The notes below the pieces were generated by a model that saw only the letters and a list, made by a program, of their open reading frames with translations, did not search any database and had not been told where the DNA came from. From Nemertoderma westbladi (Eukaryota > Animalia > Xenacoelomorpha): a stretch of DNA of 32,128 bases. Both the position numbers and the translations under genes were made by a program. Where the stretch lies: assembly GCA_032718475.1 (NCBI GenBank), contig JAUCBJ010006204.1:1-32128 (forward strand). The letters run 5' to 3'. This document shows, in pieces, positions 23,601-32,128 of the stretch. Every line of letters starts with the position of its first letter. Position 1 is the first letter of the stretch.

Positions 23601-25409
23601 GGACTGGGGTTACAGTTTCACCGGGATCCCGTTCCAATAAAGTCGGGATCGGGTCTGGGGTTACAGTTTCACCGGGATCCCGTTCCAATAAAGTCGGGAT
23701 CGGGACTGGGGTTACAGTTTCACCGGGATCCCGTTCCAATAAAGTCGGGATCGGGACTGGGGTTACAGTTTCACCGGGATCCCGTTCCAATAAAGTCGGG
23801 ATCGGGACTGGGGTTACAATTTTACCGGGATCCCGTTCCAATAAAGTCGGGATCGGGACTGGGGTTACAGTTTCAACGGGATCCCGTTCCAATAAAGTCG
23901 GGATCGGGACTGGGGTTACAGTTTCACCGGGATCCCGTTCCAATAAAGTCGGGATCGGGTCTGGGGTTACAGTTTTACCGGGATCCCGTTCCAATAAAGT
24001 CGGGATAGGGACTGGGGTTACAGTTTCACCGGGATCCCGTTCCAATAAAGTCGGGATCGGGACTGGGGTTACAGTTTCACCGGGATCCCGTTCCAATAAA
24101 GTCGGGATCGGGTCTGGGGTTACAGTTTCACCGGGATCCCGTTCCAATAAAGTCGGGATCGGGACTGGGGTTACAGTTTCACCGGGATCCCGTTCCAATA
24201 AAGTCGGGATCGGGTCTGGGGTTACAGTTTTACCGGGATCCCGTTCCAATAAAGTCGGGATAGGGACTGGGGTTACAGTTTCACCGGGATCCCGTTCCAA
24301 TAAAGTCGGGATCGGGACTGGGGTTACAGTTTCACCGGGATCCCGTTCCAATAAAGTCGGGATCGGGTCAGGGGTTACAGTTTCACCGGGATCCCGTTCC
24401 AATAAAGTCGGGATCGGGACTGGGGTTACAGTTTCACCGGGATCCCGTTCCAATAAAGTCGGGATCGGGTCAGGGGTTACAGTTTTACCGGGATCCCGTT
24501 CCAATAAAGTCGGGATCGGGACTGGGGTTACAGTTTTACCGGGATCCCGTTCCAATAAAGTCGGGATCGGGACTGGGGTTACAGTTTCACCGGGATCCCG
24601 TTCCAATAAAGTCGGGATCGGGTCAGGGGTTACAGTTTCACCGGGATCCCGTTCCAATAAAGTCGGGATCGGGACTGGGGTTACAGTTTCACCGGGATCC
24701 CGTTCCAATAAAGTCGGGATCGGGACTGGGGTTACAGTTTCACCGGGATCCCGTTCCAATAAAGTCGGGATCGGGACTGGGGTTACAGTTTCACCGGGAT
24801 CCCGTTCCAATAAAGTCGGGATCGGGTCAGGGGTTACAGTTTCACCGGGATCCCGTTCCAATAGTCGGGATCGGGACTGGGGTTACAGTTTCACCGGGAT
24901 CCCGTTCCAATAAAGTCGGGATCGGGTCAGGGGTTACAGTTTCACCGGGATCCCGTTCCAATAAAGTCGGGATCGGGACTGGGGTTACAGTTTCACCGGG
25001 ATCCCGTTCCAATAGTCGGGATCGGGACTGGGGTTACAGTTTCACCGGGATCCCGTTCCAATAAAGTCGGGATCGGGACTGGGGTTACAGTTTCACCGGG
25101 ATCCCGTTCCAATAAAGTCGGGATCGGGACTGGGGTTACAGTTTTACCGGGATCCCGTTCCAATAAAGTCGGGATCGGGTCAGGGGTTACAGTTTTACCG
25201 GGATCCCGTTCCAATAAAGTCGGGATCGGGTCAGGGGTTACAGTTTTACCGGGATCCCGTTCCAATAAAGTCGGGATCGGGACTGGGGTTACAGTTTTAC
25301 CGGGATCCCGTTCCAATAAAGTCGGGATCGGGTCAGGGGTTACAGTTTTACCGGGATCCCGTTCCAATAAAGTCGGGATCGGGACTGGGGTTACAGTTTT
25401 ACCGGGATC
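17683..25409. repeat. Minisatellite, 51-bp unit (GTCGGGATCGGGACTGGGGTTACAGTTTCACCGGGATCCCGTTCCAATAAA), about 151 copies
   Basis: 51-nt period, very homogeneous. Each unit contains the palindrome CGGGATCCCG. 49-bp variant units occur near 21600, 24862 and 25013, and a 45-bp unit near 18905. Confidence 0.97.
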
Positions 25410-26494
25410 ATTATCATCATTCATTATTATCATTATCATTATCATTATATTTATTTCTCCAATCAAACAATAAGAAATTGCAATACACTTTCATAATTAA
25501 ATCAATACTTATAAATGATGACTGAAGCTGGCTGACTGCTAATAGCCTGGAGCTAGTGGACGCAATCAGCCAGGTGTTAAGCTAAGTATCAGACATGAAA
25601 TATTATTTTACTACCTTGGGTATTTATATTATGACACATTTTTTTATATCCTTAAATACTCTCCGGCCCAAAAAATGAAATATTTATAGAACCATTAACT
25701 AAATTTATTGTGATACTATTGACCGATACCTACTTGGTTGAGACTAAAATTTGAAATTGAAAGAGTGGATGATGGCGATTTTATTTAAATAGGAATGATG
25801 TTTAATTAATTGACCAAAACAGAGTAGATTCAGAGAAAAGTTATTGATAATTTATTTATACAATTTGAAGTAAAAATAGTTAGGATGTTACGCGCGGCAA
25901 TTTTTGTGAAGTCTTATATAGGTCAGGAAGTTAAATTTTAAATTTTGCACAAGAGTATCCAGTATATAAAAAAAAATAAAAAATAATAATAAATAAATAG
26001 GGAGAAGTGTCAAATTTGTAAATTTTATTTGCAATAAAAATATTTTATAGGTGCTGTAGGAGGTGCTTTTTCAGGTTTTTTGAAAACATTGCTATTGTTT
26101 TTTTTTTCCTAATCATCACCGGGATCTCGTTCCAAATAGACGGACCAAGATAACTAAGAGAGCGTTGAGTTGAGCTGAGACGTACTAGTGGAAGTTGAAT
26201 ATTCCCTTGGGTGGCTGATCTTGTATTATAATTATGGCAGTCTTTAATTTTATTGAAAAATAGCTTTGAGATATTTGTAGGGGCTAAATTGTTGTTACAT
26301 CTGTATACAAACCTACCTATTTCGTACTTATAAAGCAAATCTAAGGGAAGGATATTTAATGATTTGTAAATGGGATTTGCCGATGAACGATGGTGGCTGA
26401 AGGTAATACATCGTAATAATTTATTGATTTTTATTCTGAGTGGTTTAATAATGCTTTCATAAGTTCCCCCCCAAAGTATGATTCCGTAAATTAA
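25410..26494 (-). mobile_element. 5'-truncated CR1/L2-group LINE 3' end inserted in the 51-bp array
   Basis: Minus strand reads LIYGIILWGGTY...(frameshift)...IYKSLNILPLDLLYKYEIGRFVY...HNYNTRS...SLSYLGPSIWNEIP...KKHLL*, a typical ORF2 C-terminus. An AT-rich 3' UTR and an (ATG/ATA)n-type tail at 25410-25447 follow. Confidence 0.85.
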
Positions 26495-27189
26495 GTTCCA
26501 ATAAAGTCGGGATCGGGTCAGGGGTTACAGTTTTACCGGGATCCCGTTCCAATAAAGTCGGGATCGGGACTGGGGTTACAGTTTCAACGGGATCCCGTTC
26601 CAATAAAGTCGGGATCGGGACTGGGGTTACAGTTTCACCGGGATCCCGTTCTAATAGTCGGGATCGGGACTGGGGTTACAGTTTCACCGGGATCCCGTTC
26701 CAATAAAGTCGGGATCGGGACTGGGGTTACAGTTTCACCGGGATCCCATTCCAATAAAGTCGGGATCGGGACTGGGGTTACAGTTTTACCGGGATCCCGT
26801 TCCAATAAAGTCGGGATCGGGTCAGGGGTTACAGTTTTACCGGGATCCCGTTCCAATAAAGTCGGGATCGGGTCAGGGGTTACAGTTTTACCGGGATCCC
26901 GTTCCAATAAAGTCGGGATCGGGACTGGGGTTACAGTTTTACCGGGATCCCGTTCCAATAAAGTCGGGATCGGGTCAGGGGTTACAGTTTTACCGGGATC
27001 CCGTTCCAATAAAGTCGGGATCGGGACTGGGGTTACAGTTTTACCGGGATCCCGTTCCAATAAAGTCGGGATCGGGTCAGGGGTTACAGTTTTACCGGGA
27101 TCCCGTTCCAATAAAGTCGGGATCGGGACTGGGGTTACAATTTTACCGGGATCCCATTCCAATAAAGTCGGGATCGGGACTGGGGTTAC
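26495..27189. repeat. Continuation of the 51-bp minisatellite, about 13-14 copies
   Basis: Same unit and orientation as 17683-25409. Confidence 0.96.
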
Positions 27190-28420
27190 TACTACTACTA
27201 CTAGGATCGGCATGCTGCATTGCAGCTGCATTTTTAAGAATGCTGTGTCGAAATTGCCCCGCCACAACTCCCTAATTGCCCCGCCACAACTCCCTATCAC
27301 CTATGACATTTGCTAGATCATCCGCATCTTCAAGGCCAGTGTCCTTTAAGATGCGTCTCAAGAAAGTCATGGGCTGTCCACCATGCTTATTCACTCCATG
27401 AGGCTGCCAAAGTACAAGATTATGCACTGGCTGGTCCTCACGGCGAAAGCAATGTCCTGCAAAGCGGAGGCGACTTTGTTCAGTGTCAAGCTTGGGGGAA
27501 CCAATGAGACACCTCCAATGTTATAGAGTGTCTGATTGGAGATGTGTGCATTGTACTTGACACAATGAACACGGCGTAGCCTTCTTGTGAATGTGCCATC
27601 CAAAGATTTGGTATCCTCAGCAGTTAGAGCCCAGCATGGACTCCCATAGAGGAGTACTGGAACTACTGCTGCTCTAAATAATCGGACCGTAAGTTTCCGA
27701 TTAATTATCTGCGACTTCCAAATCCTGGAAAGCCTATTCAAGGCTGCCCATGCCTTTCCCTTACGTATTCGAAGGTCCGCACCTGACTTCCGGATCCATG
27801 ATAACAGGTAACAGAAATCGTCCACACATGCTCAAGCATACCATCTTTTGAGCATATGCTCATCCAGTCAGAGAATTGCTGAGGACTTTCAAAGTTAACT
27901 GTCAAAATTTTGGTCTTTCTGGAGTTAATAAAAAGACAAACACTAGAAGCAGCCCGTTCTAATGAGCTGAGGAGCCGTTGAGCTCCCTCTAGTGATTCTG
28001 AGAGTATTCCTAAGTCATCAGCAAAGTCTAGATCAGTTAGGTACTTGGCAGGATTTCCTCGAAATCTCGGGCCAGTAGGTGGAGTTACCATCACCCCATC
28101 ATCATTATGATGATCTAAGGACATGCGTAGAACATAGTCAACCACAGTTATGAACAAGAATGGTGCAAGTGTGTCTCCTTGGAGGACTCCCCATAATACT
28201 TCAAATGGTTCAGTGTCACCGTCAACAGTAGACACAAATGTTGTCGAACCATCGTATAATGATCTGATAGCTGCAAAAATTTCATTACGAATCCCATATA
28301 ATGAAAGTATGCTAAACATACGTGAGCGAGAGACTGAATCAAGGGCCTTGAAGAAGTCAACAAAGATAACAGCCAGATGCCTGTCTTTCTTTTTTGATAA
28401 CTCTTCAATTATCCTTCTAA
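27190..28420 (-). mobile_element. RTE-clade LINE 3' portion, frameshifted, with (TAG)5 tail
   Basis: Motifs VDFFKALD, GVLQGDTLAPFLF, LTDLDFADD, LLYGSPCW and C-terminal KDTGL...DRELWR. Ends in a TAG repeat tail at 27187-27203. Confidence 0.92.
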
Positions 28421-29503
28421 AATCACTTCAGCAACTTGCTTGGGCAGCCACCAAACATCGAGGTCAGCCCTACAAGGAAAATATATGACAAGACACTACC
28501 TATAGAAACAGGGGACTTCACACCTGCCGAACTCCAAAGAAGCATTAAAAGCATGTCCAATAATAAAGCGAGTGGATTAGATGAAATCCCAGCGGAGGTA
28601 TGGAAAACAGGAGTGCTAAACAGACCATTATTGAATGTTTGCAACCGGTTGTTAAAAGGGGAAAAGCCACCACCAATTTGGACTAAAGGTCAACTAAAGC
28701 CTCTCCCCAAGAAAGGAGACCTCGGCATACCAACAAACTATCGTGGGATCTGTCTGCTTGTGGTAGCTGCCAAAATATACAATAAAATGATTCTATATAG
28801 GATTAGGCCTCACATAGAGAAACTACTGCGTAAGAGCCAAAACGGATTTCGACCAAGTAGATCAACAATAGCTCAGATACTTGCACTACGGAGACTGATT
28901 GAAGGTATTAAGTCAAAGAATCTCCCCGCAGTCATGACTTTTGTGGACTTCAAAAAGGCATTCGACTCCATCCATAGAGGTAAAATGAAGACGGCCACAA
29001 AGGGTGAAGACCTGGGATTCACACTTCAAGAACGCAGAAGTAGTAGATATCCGGCAACTACAGTCACAGACACCGACTTTGCGGATGACATCGCCCTGCT
29101 CTCTAATACGCTAGCAGATGCACAGCTTCTACTAAATTAAGTGGAGAGGGCTGCTAAGGAGGTTGGATTGCATATAAATGCTACAAAGACCGAATTCATG
29201 ACCTTTAATGTTGAGGGGAACTTGACAACCATTGATAATAATCAACTAAGGAAGGTCGATGACTTCCAGTACCTTGGATCATGGATAGAGAGTAGCAAAA
29301 AGGACATAGAAGTCAGGAAAGCAAAGGCTTGGGTAGCTCTATCAAAAATGGATACCATCTGGAAATCAGATCTCTCCAGGCACCTGAAGACTAAGTTCTT
29401 TCGAGCCACAGTGGAAAGTGTATTTTTATACGGGGGTGAGACCTGGACACTGACCAAATCACTTGAACAACGAATTGATGGTTGCTACACAAGACTACTA
29501 AGA
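28421..29503 (+). mobile_element. Second RTE family LINE fragment in opposite orientation, internally deleted, with an in-frame stop
   Basis: NHFSNLLGQPP, KASGLDEIPAEVWK, PKKGDL...NYRGI, QNGFR, FVDFKKAFDSI, DFADD, YLGSW, LYGGETW. The GVLQG motif is absent (jump near 28989), and there is a TAA at 29138-29140. Confidence 0.92.
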
Positions 29504-29915
29504 TTTTGCCGTCTACGGGGAAACTGGGGCTGTGCCGCTTTCAGTTTCACGAAAGCTGACAATTGTAAAATTTTGGGTAAGAACTTTGACTCTCCCGGAG
29601 ACGAGACTGACTAAACGTATGTATCAGGTACTTTACGAGGATGCACTGCAGGGGTCAGCGACAAACTGGGTTTCAATGGTAAGGGATGTATTAAATGGCC
29701 TGGGCCAAAGTTGGGCATGGGAGTCTCAAAATGTTGGGGATGCCAAATTATTCTTAAATAACGTAAGGGTAGTTTTAATGGATCAATTCATACAAGGGTG
29801 GTGGGCTGATATATCAAACTCTTCCAAAGGACAATATTACGTTAAAAATAAATTCGGAACAGAAGAATATCTACATTTATTAAAGGACAATAATGGCTTA
29901 CGTCAAACCCTCGCA
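29504..29915 (+). mobile_element. C-terminal ORF fragment of a further non-LTR retrotransposon (RTEX/L2-like; clade uncertain)
   Basis: AVYGETGAVPL...IVKFW...NWVSMVRDVL..LG...W...DQFIQGW..DI..SSK..YY...EEYL is a motif string typical of post-RT regions of invertebrate LINEs. Confidence 0.7.
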
Positions 29916-31690
29916 ACTGGCTGGTCCTCACGGCGAAAGCAATGTCCTGCAAAGCGGAGGCGATTTTGTTCTAGTGTCAAGCTTGGGGGAACCAATGAGA
30001 CACCTCCAATGTTATATAGTGTCTGGTTGGAGATGTGTGCATTGTACTTGACACAATGAACCCGGCGTAGCCTTCTTGTGAATGTGCCATCCAGAGATTT
30101 GGTGTCCTCAGCAGTTAGAGCCCAGCATGGACTCCCATAGAGGAGTACTGGAACTACTGCTGCTCTAAATAATCGGACCTTAAGTTTCCGATTAATTCTC
30201 GGTGACTTCCAAATCCTGGAAAGCCTATTCAAGGCTGCCCATGCCTTTCCCTTACGTATTCGAAGGTCCGCACCTGACTTCCGGATCCATGATCCCAGGT
30301 AACAGAAGTCGTCCACATGCTCAAGCATACCATCCTTTGAGCTTATGCTCATCCGATCAGAGACTTGCTGAGGACTTTCAAAGTTAACTGTCAGAATTTT
30401 GGTCTTTCTGGAGTTAATAAAAAGACCAACACTAGAAGCAGCATGTTCTAATGAGCTGAGGAGCCGTTGGGCTCCCTCTAATGATTCTGAGAGTACTCCT
30501 AAGTCATCAGCAAAGTCTAGATCAGTTAGGTACTTGGCAGGATTTCCTCGACTTCTGGAGCCAGTAGGTGGAGTTATCATCACCCCATCATCATTATGAT
30601 GATCTAAGGACATGCGTAGAACATAGTCAACCACAATAATGAACAAGAATGGTGCAAGTGTGTCTCCTTGGAGGACGCCCCATAACACTTCAAATGGTTC
30701 TGTGTCACCGTCAACAGTAGACACAAATGTTGTCGAACCATCGTATACTGATCTGATTGCTGCAATAATTTCATCAGGAATCCCATATAATGAAAGTATG
30801 CTGAACATACGTGAGCGAGAGACTGAATCAAAGGCCTTGAAGAAGTCAACAAAGATAACAGCCAGATGCCTGTCTTTCTTTTTTGATAATTCTTCAATTA
30901 TCCTTCTAAGTGCCAAAATGGGCTCCATGGTCCCACGACCTTTACGGAACCCATTCTGATTTCCACGGAGCAGTCTCTCAATGGGATCCCTGATGCGATT
31001 TAATAGAATCCTATTGTATAGCTTTGCAGCAATCGAGATCAACGAGATTCCCCGAAAAGATCCATTGAGTGTTAGGTTGCCCTTCTTGGGAACTGGCACC
31101 AACTTATTTGTTTTCATTTCTTGTGGGACTCTCTGTTGTCCGGTACATGTCTACTATGATGGTAGAGTAGATGAGCTCCAAACACTCTGGTATTTTAAAG
31201 ACCTCACGGGCGAACACCATCTACTCCACTGGCATAATTGGCCTTGTTGCGCTTTGCAGCAATATTGACTTCGGCAAAGGAAGGAAATGGGCATATATCT
31301 GAGAGAACAGACTTAGATACGATATGTCACAAGTTCTTACAATGATGCTGCCTTAACTTCCGCCACATCCTTGGCGGTGTTAGTCTTCTTTTTGAGTCGG
31401 GACACATCTGTGCATTAGTGATGTCATCTCGGCAGTTTTGATCAGTATAGAGAGTGTTATTTTTTATGCTTCGAGGGTTTACAGGAACTGTTTCTGCAGC
31501 TGATGCCATAATCTTTGAAGGCAGTGTAGCCCTCACAATGATCTGTTGCCTCAGATGCAAGAACCTCAAACCTGTTGCTCCGCTCAGCTCTAATGTGATT
31601 CTGGATCTCACACTGGACTGTTAGAGAAGACCAATCATGCCGTGGCAAGGCAGATTTCTTAGTTCTGCTGTACTTAGTTTAAAGTAGAAG
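29916..31690 (-). mobile_element. RTE-clade LINE: degraded linker plus a largely open RT ORF; lacks the endonuclease and the 3' end
   Basis: ORF 29903-31117 has PKKG, QNGFR, VDFFKAFDSV, GVLQGDTLAPFLF, DFADD, YLGSW and RLRFAGHC. Frameshifted upstream linker motifs (HDWSSL, NRFEVL) extend to about 31690. Confidence 0.93.
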
Positions 31691-31692
31691 GT

Positions 31693-31743
31693 GATTAAAT
31701 AACAACTGTCAGTGTTTAGGTAAAGAAAAAATGGTCAACTAAG
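31693..31743 (-). pseudogene. Decayed duplicate of the exon B acceptor and its first ~45 nt (pseudo-exon)
   Basis: ccttag|TTGACCATTTTTTCTTTACCTAAACACTGACAGTTGTT vs the real tttag|TTGACCACGGTTCTTCACCTAAACACTGGCAGTTGTT. Carries a +1 indel and TGG->TGA. Confidence 0.85.
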
Positions 31744-31848
31744 GAGAAACATTATAAGATCGAGCTCTTAGTAATGAGAGAATAAATAATACGATAATTA
31801 TTAACCCGCATACCCAAAAACCCGAGTAGTTATAACCTGATATCTTAC

Positions 31849-32033
31849 CGGGAAGTAACAATAAATGTAACAACGTAGAGAGGAAGTGTGGATAAGCCCC
31901 GGTTAGCTGCAGCTGTTCCCGTAGTAACCGGAACATCTCGTCGGCGTCCTTCGTGTTAACGTGGACCACATTGTAGCGTTTAGCGAGTTCTCTCTCGTCC
32001 TCATTTCGGACCATCTCGAACAACTCGATGTGT
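31849..32033 (-). CDS. DAAM: DAAM formin coding exon A (FH3 region: HIELFEMVRNEDERELAKRY...TGAYPHFLSTLLHLLLLP)
   Basis: Acceptor ctactttacag|A and donor G|gtaaga. 185 nt, phase 2/1. Matches recalled DAAM1 'RHLDFFEMLRNEDE...HIDTKSA..MF...AYPHFMSIL'. Confidence 0.93.
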
Positions 32034-32128
32034 CTGTAAAGTAGTAGAAAACGTCTAGCACCATCCAACAGAGTTCGTATAATAGTGGGGGTCACCGCGA
32101 CTAGGAGACTGCAGTAGACCTCTAGCAC

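Larger units (their letters stand above)
3104..31848 (-). other. DAAM: Giant phase-1 intron (28,745 nt) of the DAAM gene
   Basis: Donor CCCG|gtaaga at 31848 and acceptor tttag at 3104. The join reads LLLLP-V-DHGSSPKHW, contiguous with recalled DAAM proteins, so no exon appears to be missing. Confidence 0.85.

Noticed and set aside
17655-25466. Mucin- or adhesin-like 17-aa repeat ORFs (LLERDPGETVTPVPIPT / SPGSRSNKVGIGTGVTV)
   Set aside because: The unit length is a multiple of 3 and both strands are open. There is an internal stop at 19509, 2-nt frameshifts near 21600, 24862 and 25013, a LINE insertion, and no unique N- or C-terminal domain.
764-27189. CRISPR-like arrays, or a retron/DGR-type pairing of RT with repeats
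   Set aside because: Units are head-to-tail with no unique spacers and there are no cas genes. The RTs are ordinary eukaryotic LINE fragments in a spliceosomal intron.
764-27189. Six-base palindromes (GGATCC, CATATG, CCATGG) shared by three arrays as a common signal
   Set aside because: The units are otherwise unrelated, the 47-mer has none, and CCATGG derives from the exon sequence. Chance is sufficient.

Overview
Eukaryotic (metazoan, probably invertebrate) genomic DNA with no prokaryotic features. The backbone is a minus-strand DAAM-type formin gene. Four GT-AG exons (32033-31849, 3103-2946, 2695-2594, 2020-1940) splice in frame into the FH3/dimerisation/coiled-coil region. One intron is 28,745 nt, against 250 and 573 nt for its neighbours. 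It holds three minisatellite arrays (26, 47 and 51 bp units), a cluster of non-LTR retrotransposon pieces, and an antisense terminal exon resembling a kainate-type glutamate receptor C-tail. A fourth array (29 bp) lies in a later intron. The long repetitive ORFs are translations of these arrays, not genes. The most striking structure is the 26-bp array: about 125 tandem copies of the gene's own 3' splice site, where using a canonical upstream copy gives an in-frame stop. A decayed copy of the same acceptor and exon start lies only 110 nt after the upstream donor, which suggests a small intron was inflated by an insertion that duplicated the acceptor. Family assignments come from remembered motifs, not database searches.
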